Shown here one piece after another: positions 14,861 through 22,412 of a stretch of 32,000 bases of DNA (the first letter of the stretch is position 1; each line of letters begins with the position of its first letter). The position numbers and the translations under genes were made by a program. The stretch lies in contig NZ_JABMCZ010000001.1 in NCBI RefSeq assembly GCF_013186535.1, positions 2,100,664 through 2,132,663 on the forward strand, given 5' to 3'. The notes under the pieces are model-generated. The model worked only from the letters and a program-made list of their open reading frames with translations. It made no database searches and had not been told where the DNA came from. This stretch comes from Nocardia terpenica (GTDB taxonomy: Bacteria; Actinomycetota; Actinomycetes; Mycobacteriales; Mycobacteriaceae).

Positions 14861-14940
14861 CCCAACGAGCGGATAAATTTAGGATAAACAATGCTTCCGG
14901 ACAATAATTTCTGGATAACATCGAAACCGGTCATATTGCC
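14861..14940. promoter_or_regulatory. AT-rich divergent promoter region with GGATAA(A/C) direct repeats
   Basis: 14871-14930 is 22/60 G+C by hand count, in a roughly 70% GC context. GGATAAA occurs at 14871 and 14882 (11-bp spacing), GGATAAC at 14913 and GGACAATAA at 14899. A CATATT -10-like hexamer lies at 14932-14937. Confidence 0.45.
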
Positions 14941-15087
14941 CGTGATCGGTTTTCCGTGGGATGATCCCGGCATACATTCGGTACGGGGTGGAGGTCGGAC
15001 GGTCCGGCAATTCTGTCGATCATGAATTGGTGAGTTTTTCCGGTGGCGTCACGGCGAAACCGGCGGTTGATAGCGGAGGGTCCGGTG

Positions 15088-16116
15088 ATGGTGAATTCCG
15101 GAGAATGGGTCGACGACCCCGACTTGTCCATGAACACCGTGGCATTTCGCCCGGATCGGCAGCTGGTGGCGAGGGCGGCGGAGGCGGCGGCCATCGCCAA
15201 CGACTATCCGGACATGACGGCCGCGGGCGCGACCGCCGCGCTGGCCGAGCATCTCGGGCTGCCCGCCGATCATCTGGTGTTCGGGCCGGGATCGGCCGCG
15301 CTGTGCCAGCTTCTGCTGCTGGTCTGCTGCGAGCCGGGCGCGCAGGTGGTGCACCAGTGGCCGTCGTTCGAGGGCTATCCGTCGATGATCGGGCACGTGC
15401 GCGCCGACGCGGTGCCGGTCGCCCTGGACGGGGTGGACACCGATCTGGACGCGATGGCCGCAGCGGTCACCGACCGGACCGCGGTGGTCATGCTGTGCAA
15501 TCCGAACAATCCCACCGGCGCGCTGCTGGATCAGCAGCGGCTGCGGCGGTTCCTGGACCGGCTGCCCGACCACGTCACGGTGCTGATCGACGAGGCGTAC
15601 CGGGATTTCGTGCTCGACCCCGGCTACCGCGACGCGCTCGACCTGGTCCGCGAGGATCCGAGAGTGTGTGTGCTGCGCACGTTTTCGAAGTCCTACCGGC
15701 TGGCCGGGCTGCGGATCGGCTACCTCGTCGCCCAGCCCGCGCTGACCGCGCGCCTGGCCGTCCTGCGCATGTTCTTCGCGCCCAGCGCTCCGGCGCAGGC
15801 CGCCGCGGTGGCCGCCCTGGCCGGGGTCGCGGAGATGCGGCAGCGGTGCGCGCAGGTCGGCGCGGAGCGAACCCGCCTGCGGGACCTGCTGATCGAGCAG
15901 GGCTGGCAGGTTCCGGTGAGCCAGGCCAACTTTCTGTGGGTGCCCACTCCCGACGCGGGCGAATTCACCAGGCACTGCGCCGCCTACGGCCTGCGGGTGC
16001 GCGAGTGGGCCGAGCGCGGGGTGCGCGTGACGATCGGCAGTCCGGCGACCAACGACGCGTTCGCGGAGGTGGCCGCCGGATTCCGGGCCGCCGCCCGGCA
16101 GGCGGTCGCGCCGTGA
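15088..16116 (+). CDS. PLP-dependent class I/II aminotransferase (histidinol-phosphate aminotransferase-like)
   Basis: ORF track 15043..16116. Motifs LCNPNNPTG and TFSKSYRLAGLRIGY (PLP lysine). Start ATG 15088 (GGAGGG 10 nt upstream). Alternatives are GTG 15085 and GTG 15043. Confidence 0.85.
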   Translation: MVNSGEWVDDPDLSMNTVAFRPDRQLVARAAEAAAIANDYPDMTAAGATAALAEHLGLPADHLVFGPGSAALCQLLLLVCCEPGAQVVHQWPSFEGYPSMIGHVRADAVPVALDGVDTDLDAMAAAVTDRTAVVMLCNPNNPTGALLDQQRLRRFLDRLPDHVTVLIDEAYRDFVLDPGYRDALDLVREDPRVCVLRTFSKSYRLAGLRIGYLVAQPALTARLAVLRMFFAPSAPAQAAAVAALAGVAEMRQRCAQVGAERTRLRDLLIEQGWQVPVSQANFLWVPTPDAGEFTRHCAAYGLRVREWAERGVRVTIGSPATNDAFAEVAAGFRAAARQAVAP

Positions 16117-17111
16117 AACCCGGCTATATCGACTCACGCACCGAGGAATTCGATCCGGCCCCGGCGCTGCGGCACTATCTGGCCGGGACCGCCGCGGGCG
16201 ACGGCGACCGGCTCGATGCCGTGACCCGCTACGCCGTGCAGCCGCCGGGCAAGCTGGTGCGCCCGGTGCTGCTGGTGGAGTCGGCGGCGGCGGTCGGCGC
16301 GGATCCCGCCGACCTGGTGCCGATCGCGGTGGCGCTGGAGTACCTGCACGTGGCCACCCTGGTGCACGACGACATCATCGACGGCGATCTGCTGCGCCGC
16401 GGCCGCCCCACCGTGCACGCCCGCTACGGCCGCGACGAGGCCATCGTGGCCGGGGATGCGTTGCTGCTGGACACCTTTCGCACGCTGACCGAGGCCGCGG
16501 AGCTCGGGTTCCCCCCGGCCGCGGTGCTGGAGGCGGTGCGCATCGTCGCGGTCGCGGGACTGGATCTGTGCCGGGGGCAGGCGATGGAGGCGGGCCTGGC
16601 CGGTGACCTGTACTGCGGGATGGCCCGCTACCGCACCATGGCCGGGCTGAAGACCGGTGCGCTGTTCATCGCGGCGTGCGCGGCGGGCGCGGTGCTCGGC
16701 GGCGGCAGCGGCGAGGAGGTCCGCGCGCTGCGCTCGTTCGCCGACCATCTCGGCTGCGCCTTCCAGATGCGCGACGATCTGCTGCCGTATCTGGCCGACA
16801 CCAGCCGGGCGGGCAAGAGCTCGGTCACCGACATCGTCAATCAGCGGCCGACGTTCCCGGTGCTGGTCGGCATCGAACTGGCCGACACGACGCAGTGCTG
16901 GCGCATCGAGCAGTCGCTGAGTGGGCGGCTGCCCGCCGACGAGGCGCACCGGCTGCTGCGGCAGGTGCTCACCGAGACCGGCGCGCTGGCCGAGGCGTCG
17001 GCGCGGGTGGCGGCCGAGGTGGCCGCGGCGCGTGCGGATCTCGCGCCGTTCGGTGTGCGCGGGGAGCGGCTGATCGCCTTGGCGGACAGCATGATCGGGC
17101 GCACGTGGTGA
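16113..17111 (+). CDS. trans-Polyprenyl diphosphate synthase (GGPP synthase-like) with atypical second Asp-rich motif
   Basis: GTG 16113 overlaps the upstream stop (GTGA) and is in frame with ORF 14961..17111. First motif LVHDDIIDGDLLRRGRPT. Second motif reads FQMRDDLLPY (DDLLP rather than DDxxD). Confidence 0.85.
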   Translation: MKPGYIDSRTEEFDPAPALRHYLAGTAAGDGDRLDAVTRYAVQPPGKLVRPVLLVESAAAVGADPADLVPIAVALEYLHVATLVHDDIIDGDLLRRGRPTVHARYGRDEAIVAGDALLLDTFRTLTEAAELGFPPAAVLEAVRIVAVAGLDLCRGQAMEAGLAGDLYCGMARYRTMAGLKTGALFIAACAAGAVLGGGSGEEVRALRSFADHLGCAFQMRDDLLPYLADTSRAGKSSVTDIVNQRPTFPVLVGIELADTTQCWRIEQSLSGRLPADEAHRLLRQVLTETGALAEASARVAAEVAAARADLAPFGVRGERLIALADSMIGRTW

Positions 17112-18076
17112 GCGCGCGCACCCGGCGGCACTGGTGGGCGCACGTGGAGACCTGCCGCCCCTACACCCTGGCCTATCCCGGCCTGGCGGGCCTGGCGGGC
17201 GCGGCCCTGGGCGGGCATCCCGCACCCGCGCAATGGATGACGGCGTGGCTGGCGCCGACGCTGGTGTGGGCCGCGGGCCTGTACCTGGGTGACTACCTCG
17301 ACCGCGAGTTGGACGCGGGCAGCAAACCGCACCGGCCGATCCCGTCGGGGCGGCTGCGCCCGGGGACCGCGGTGGCGGTGGGCGCGGGCTGCGTGGCGGT
17401 CGCGCTGGCGGTGACGGCGCTGGTCCAGGCGTGGGCGGTCGCGGTGGCGGTGCTGGGCGCGGTCGGCGTGGTGGTCTACAGCAAGGTGCTCAAGCCGCGC
17501 GGCATCTTCGGCAATCTGGCGCGCGGGCTGCTGACCGGCCTGGTGCTGCTGTTCGCGGCGACCGTGGTGGACGGCCATCCGGTCGCGCTCGCCTGGGCGT
17601 GGGCGTGCGTGTTCCTGGTGCAGGACACCGCGTCGAATCTGGTCGGCACCGTGCGCGATACCGCCGGGGATCGGGCGGGCGGGTACCGCACGCTGCCGGT
17701 GGTGATCGGCGCGCGGGCCGCGAGCTGGTGTGCGGCAGCGCTTTTCGCCGCCGCCATGGCGGCGGCCGTGGCGCTGGCGGTCATCGGCGGGCTGGGTGCG
17801 GTGGGCGGCGGGCTGGTGCTCGCGGCCGTCTGCCTGGGCCTGGCCGGGTACCGGGTGCTGCTCGGCGGCGACCCGGCCGATCCGCGGCGGGCGCTGCGCA
17901 CCCACGAGATCCTGATCGCCGAGCGGCTGGTGCTGGCCGCCGCGGTCGCCTCCGGCGGCCTCGGGGCGCCGGTCGCGGTCGTGATTCTGGTTGCGGCGCT
18001 GGCGATCTCCCTGTCCACGCAGGCGCTGCTGCGGCGCCGGCACGAATTCGGCGATATCCCTGTGAGGTCGGCATGA
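17108..18076 (+). CDS. UbiA-superfamily membrane prenyltransferase
   Basis: GTG 17108 overlaps the upstream stop (GTGA) and is in frame with ORF 16676..18076. Asp-rich motifs LGDYLDRELDAGSKPHRPIPSG and VRDTAGDRAGGYRTLPV. Multi-pass hydrophobic. Confidence 0.85.
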   Translation: MSARTRRHWWAHVETCRPYTLAYPGLAGLAGAALGGHPAPAQWMTAWLAPTLVWAAGLYLGDYLDRELDAGSKPHRPIPSGRLRPGTAVAVGAGCVAVALAVTALVQAWAVAVAVLGAVGVVVYSKVLKPRGIFGNLARGLLTGLVLLFAATVVDGHPVALAWAWACVFLVQDTASNLVGTVRDTAGDRAGGYRTLPVVIGARAASWCAAALFAAAMAAAVALAVIGGLGAVGGGLVLAAVCLGLAGYRVLLGGDPADPRRALRTHEILIAERLVLAAAVASGGLGAPVAVVILVAALAISLSTQALLRRRHEFGDIPVRSA

Positions 18077-19743
18077 CCACCCGCACGATCGATACCGCGC
18101 TCGAGACCGGTGCGGAGGCCGTGCTGCGCCACCGCGCCGCCGACGGGCTGTTCGACTACGACTCCGGGGTCGGCGCGACGCTGGCCACCGCGGGCGCGAC
18201 TCTCGTTCTGCACCTGCACGATCCGGTCGGCTCCCGCGCGTATGTGACGGGCGGGGTCGCGCACCTGAGCCGGACACAGAACGGCGACGGCGGCTGGGGT
18301 TCGGTGCCCGGCCAGCCCACCGAGGCGGTCACCACCGCCATCGCGGCCGCCGTGCTGCACCTGGTGGACGCCGACGGCAGCGGCGACCGCGTGCGGGCCG
18401 GGCGGGCCGCGCTGGACCGGCTCGGCGGGCTGTCCGGCATCGCCGACCCCGCGCTGTCGGCGGTGTGCCACCGTTTTCACGCCATGGCCGGGTGGGCGCC
18501 GCCCGCGCCGGTTCGGGTGCCGCTGTGGGTGTTCGCGCTGCCGCGGCTGCGGCGCACCCGGATGTCGTTCCGGTCCGGGGTGCTGGCCGCCACCGCGCTC
18601 GCCCAGGCGCGCGCCGAACCCGGCGGGCTGCTGCGCCGCCTGATCGACCACGCCGCCACCCCCGCCGCGCTGCGGGTGCTGTACGGCATCCATCGCGACG
18701 AGGGCGGCACCGGCGCGTTCGGCGCCGACGCCTGGGCGGCCGGGATGACCGGGTTGGGGCTCGTACGCTCCGGCGCCGCACCGGATCTCACCGAGGCCAT
18801 CGCGGACTTCCTGCGCCGCAGCGTCTTCGCCGACGGCTCCTGGACGATCGTCGAAATCCGGCTCACCTACACCGGTTTCGCGGCCACCGGCCTGTGCGAT
18901 GCGGGCTACGGGGCCGATCCGCGGCTGGCGGTGACCGCCGACGGCGTGCGCGCCGCGCAGCTGACCCGGCCGTTCACCATGCTGGACTGCCCGCCCGGCG
19001 GCTGGAGCTACTCCGGGCCCGACGGCTGGCCGGTCACCCTGGAATCGGCGGAACTGCTGTCGGCGCTGGCGAAAATGCCGGGCGCGGACCGCGATCCGCA
19101 CGTGGCGCGGGGCGCGCGCTGGCTGGCCGGGCGGCAGGACACCCGCGGCTCGTGGAGCCTGTGGGTGCGCGACACCGCCCTCGCCAACGACGGCCCGTGC
19201 CCGTACCTGACCGCGCAGGCCGTCGACGCGCTGCTGGACGCCGGAATCCCACCCGAGGACAACGGGATTCGGCGCGCGGCGCGCTGGCTGGCCGGGGTGC
19301 AGCGGCCCGACGGCTCGTTCGAATCGCTGTGGTACCGCGGCCACACCGCCGGGACCGCGCAGGTGATCGGCGCGCTGGCGCGGATCACCGACCCGGCCAC
19401 CGACCCCACCGTGCGCGGCGGCGTGCGCTGGCTGCTGGCGACCCAGCACTCGGACGGATCGTGGGGTCCCGGCGACGGCCGGGCGGGCTCGGTGGAGGAG
19501 ACCGCGTGGGCGCTGCGCGCCCTGCTCGAGGCCGGAATCGCCCCCGGCACAGCCGAAATCGACCGCGCCGCGGACTGGCTGCTGGCCCGGCAGCAACCCG
19601 ACGGGCACTGGCCCGAGGCGCCGGTCAGCGCCTACATCCGGCACTGCGTGCACTACCCCAACGGCGCGATCACCGCGGGCCTGGCCCTGCGCGCGCTGGC
19701 CGCCTATCGCCGCGGCCTCGGCAGGAAGGACGACGATGGCTAG
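18073..19743 (+). CDS. Class II terpene cyclase of the squalene-hopene / oxidosqualene cyclase fold (556 aa)
   Basis: ATG 18073 overlaps the upstream stop (ATGA). Several QW-type repeats are present (QNGDGGWG, RQDTRGSW, QRPDGSF, QHSDGSWG, QQPDGHW). The GGWSYS...WPVTLESAE block lines up by eye with SHC GGFAFQ...YPDVDDTA and OSC GGFSFS...VSDCTAE. Confidence 0.85.
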   Translation: MTTRTIDTALETGAEAVLRHRAADGLFDYDSGVGATLATAGATLVLHLHDPVGSRAYVTGGVAHLSRTQNGDGGWGSVPGQPTEAVTTAIAAAVLHLVDADGSGDRVRAGRAALDRLGGLSGIADPALSAVCHRFHAMAGWAPPAPVRVPLWVFALPRLRRTRMSFRSGVLAATALAQARAEPGGLLRRLIDHAATPAALRVLYGIHRDEGGTGAFGADAWAAGMTGLGLVRSGAAPDLTEAIADFLRRSVFADGSWTIVEIRLTYTGFAATGLCDAGYGADPRLAVTADGVRAAQLTRPFTMLDCPPGGWSYSGPDGWPVTLESAELLSALAKMPGADRDPHVARGARWLAGRQDTRGSWSLWVRDTALANDGPCPYLTAQAVDALLDAGIPPEDNGIRRAARWLAGVQRPDGSFESLWYRGHTAGTAQVIGALARITDPATDPTVRGGVRWLLATQHSDGSWGPGDGRAGSVEETAWALRALLEAGIAPGTAEIDRAADWLLARQQPDGHWPEAPVSAYIRHCVHYPNGAITAGLALRALAAYRRGLGRKDDDG

Positions 19744-21004
19744 TGGAACCGACGCCGACGCCGTGGTGTGCGGCGCGGGAGCGGGCGGCCTGGCCGCGGC
19801 CTGCGCGCTCGCGGCGGCCGGGCTGGCGGTGATCGTCCTGGACAAACAGCGACAGCCGCCGTCGATCGCGAAGGGTGAACTGCTGCAACCGGGTTCGCTC
19901 ACCGCGCTGGATCGGTGGGGAGTGACTCGACGGCTGCTGGCGGCGGGCGGCGTGGAGATCGACCGGCTGTGCGCCCGCGCGAGCGACGGGCGGGCACTGC
20001 TGGAACTGGACTATCCGGGGCTGCTCGGCGGCCGCCGACGGATCCTGTCCGCCGACTACCCGACGATTCTCGCCGCCCTGGCCGACAGCCTGCCGCCGGG
20101 CGTGCGGGTGCATCGCGGCGTGCCGGTGCGCGGGCCGCTGCACGACGACACCGGACGGGTGTGCGGAGTCGAGGTGGCCGACGAGCGGCTCGGCAGCGTG
20201 CGCGCGCCGCTGGTGGTGGCCGCCGACGGCGCGGCCTCCGGACTGCGCGCGGCGGCGGGGATCGCCGTCGCCCGCACCCAGTATCCGCACCGGCTGGTGT
20301 CGTTCGACGTGCCCGGCGCCCGGGACGAGGAATTGACCGCCTACGTCACCGATCGCGGTCTGCGCCTGGTGTATCCGCTGCCGCACGCGCGCACCCGGCT
20401 CTACATCCAGGCCGGTCCGCAGGAGCTGCGCGGCCGCGACGACGCGGCCATGCGGCGCTGGGCGGTCGAGGCGACCGCCGGGATCGCGGCCCTGGCCCCG
20501 CTCGCCGAGCTGCTGCTCGATCCGCGCACCCAGCGCCAATTGTTCTCCGTGCCACGGTATCTGGTGGACCGGCTGGCGCTGCCCGGCCTGGCGCTGGTGG
20601 GCGAGTCCGCGCACGCGGTGCATCCGATGGCCGCGCAGGGCATGAACTCCGCCATCGCCGACGCGGCCGAGCTGGCCGACCGGATCACCGCGGTGGGCGC
20701 GGCGGACCCGGCCGCCCTCGATCGGGCGCTGACCGACTACGAGCGGGTCCGGCTGCCGCAGCTGCGGCACGTGGCCACCGTGAGCCACAATGCTTCGCGC
20801 ATGCTCACCGCGGTCTCGCCGGTGGGGCGCCGGCTCGGGCGGCGGCTGCTGCGCGGCACGGCGAACAATCCGCGGCTGCTGGCGGCGACCTGCCGCAATA
20901 TCGCCGGGGTGAACCCCGCCCCGCTGGGCATGGTCGACCGGCTCTACCAATTGGGCCTGCTGCCCGCCCAGCGTGGCCGCGACATCGAGGAGGCGATGTG
21001 CTGA
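19736..21004 (+). CDS. FAD-dependent monooxygenase (epoxidase / UbiH-type)
   Basis: ORF track 19736..21004. Contains VVCGAGAGGLAAA (GxGxxG), DGAASGLR, and GESAHAVHPMAAQGMN. Overlaps the cyclase gene by 8 nt. Confidence 0.85.
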   Translation: MASGTDADAVVCGAGAGGLAAACALAAAGLAVIVLDKQRQPPSIAKGELLQPGSLTALDRWGVTRRLLAAGGVEIDRLCARASDGRALLELDYPGLLGGRRRILSADYPTILAALADSLPPGVRVHRGVPVRGPLHDDTGRVCGVEVADERLGSVRAPLVVAADGAASGLRAAAGIAVARTQYPHRLVSFDVPGARDEELTAYVTDRGLRLVYPLPHARTRLYIQAGPQELRGRDDAAMRRWAVEATAGIAALAPLAELLLDPRTQRQLFSVPRYLVDRLALPGLALVGESAHAVHPMAAQGMNSAIADAAELADRITAVGAADPAALDRALTDYERVRLPQLRHVATVSHNASRMLTAVSPVGRRLGRRLLRGTANNPRLLAATCRNIAGVNPAPLGMVDRLYQLGLLPAQRGRDIEEAMC

Positions 21005-22206
21005 CCGAAGAGCACGCCTGGCGGCTGCCGGTGGTGCGCGACGGCGCGTACGACCTGCCCGCCGTCTGCCGGTCCATGCAGCAGGCCGGGCCGATCGTGC
21101 CCGCCCGCACCCCGAACGGGAAGACGGTGTGGGTGGTGACCCGGCACGCGGAAGTCCGCCGGGTGCTGGCGGATTCGCGGACCACCGCCGATCGCGCGCA
21201 CCCGAACTTCCCGTCGTTCGAGCAGTCCGCGGACGCGCCGGTGCTGATCTCCGGGCCGAATCCGTTTCTGGTGTCGATGGATCCGCCCGCGCACACCCGG
21301 GCGCGCGGCGATCTGAAGCGGGAGTTCGAGGAGCGGCGCATCCGCGACTACGCGCCGGTGGTGGAGAAGATCATCGCCGAGGCCGTGGGGCAGCTGCGGG
21401 CCGGGCCGCGGCCGGTGGATCTGGTGGCGGAGTTCGCGCTGCGGGTGCCGTCGCGGGTCATCTGTGAACTGCTCGGCGTGCCGTATGCCGACCACGACTT
21501 CTTCGAATCCCGCACGCCCGCACTGATCGACAACACCGTCACGCCCGAACAGGGCCGGGCCGCGTTCGGCGAGATCCACGAGTACCTCACCGGGCTGGTC
21601 GCCGCGCAGGAGGCCGATCCCGGTGACGACATCATCGGCAACTATGTGCGCGCGACCCGCGAACGCGGCGACTACCGGCGCGAAGCCCTGGTGTCGCATG
21701 CGTTCCTGCTGCTGATCGCGGGGCACGAGACCACCGCGAATCAGATCGCGCTGAGCGCGCTGGCCCTGATGCAGCGCCCGGAGCTGCGCGAGCATCTCGA
21801 CGGCGACCCCGTCCGGATGGCGAGCGCGGTGGACGAGATGCTGCGGTATTTCACCATCGTGGACACCGTGTCGCGGGTGGCCACCGCCGATATCGAGATC
21901 GGCGGGGTCACCATTCGCGCCGGGGACGGGATCGTGGCCCTGTGCACGATCGCCAACCGCGACCCCGACGTGTATGCCGACCCCGACGAGCTGGATCTCA
22001 CCCGTGGCAGCCGCAGGCACCTGGCCTTCGGCTTCGGCCCGCACCAGTGCCTCGGCCAGGGCCTGGCCCGCCTGGAACTGGAACTGGCCCTGCGCACCCT
22101 GGTCACCGAGCTGCCGGGCATGCGGCTGGCGGTTCCGGCGACGGAATTGGAATTCAAGGGCACCACTTCGGCTTTCGGGGTTCGTCGGCTTCCGGTGACG
22201 TGGTAG
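20998..22206 (+). CDS. Cytochrome P450
   Basis: GTG 20998 (GAGGAGG 5 nt upstream) is in frame with ORF 19915..22206. I-helix AGHETT, EMLRY (ExxR), heme loop FGFGPHQCLGQGLA. Confidence 0.9.
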   Translation: MLTEEHAWRLPVVRDGAYDLPAVCRSMQQAGPIVPARTPNGKTVWVVTRHAEVRRVLADSRTTADRAHPNFPSFEQSADAPVLISGPNPFLVSMDPPAHTRARGDLKREFEERRIRDYAPVVEKIIAEAVGQLRAGPRPVDLVAEFALRVPSRVICELLGVPYADHDFFESRTPALIDNTVTPEQGRAAFGEIHEYLTGLVAAQEADPGDDIIGNYVRATRERGDYRREALVSHAFLLLIAGHETTANQIALSALALMQRPELREHLDGDPVRMASAVDEMLRYFTIVDTVSRVATADIEIGGVTIRAGDGIVALCTIANRDPDVYADPDELDLTRGSRRHLAFGFGPHQCLGQGLARLELELALRTLVTELPGMRLAVPATELEFKGTTSAFGVRRLPVTW

Positions 22207-22207
22207 G

Positions 22208-22390
22208 TCCCGGCCAAAAGCATGCCGGGAACAAATCGGAGGGCGCGTGCTGGAACAAATCGGAGGGCGCGTGCTGGAACAAATCGGAGGGTGCGTGCTG
22301 GAACAAAGCAGAGGGTGCGCGCCGGAACGAAGCAGAGGGCGCGTGTCGGGAGCGAAGCAGAGGGCAGCCGGGAGCACATCGGAGGGTCGA
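22208..22390 (+). repeat. Hairpin head TCCCGGCCAAAAGCATGCCGGGA (22208-22230, copy 4 of 5) plus about 7 units of 24 bp (GCTGGAACAAATCGGAGGGCGCGT)
   Basis: The head starts 2 nt after the P450 stop codon. Units start at 22224, 22249, 22273, 22297, 22321, 22345 and 22367. The array ends about 22 nt before the next gene start. Confidence 0.9.
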
Positions 22391-22412
22391 CGGAAGTGAA
22401 GGGACTGCTGTG

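Noticed and set aside
19162-19179. WVRDTA in the cyclase considered as the DxDD/VSDCTA equivalent; also the C-terminal KDDDG (about 19726-19740).
   Set aside because: The GGWSYS…WPVTLESAE block 40 residues upstream aligns much better with the conserved GGF(A/S)F…(DVDDTA/VSDCTAE) context. KDDDG is at the extreme C-terminus. D367 is kept only as an alternative to test.
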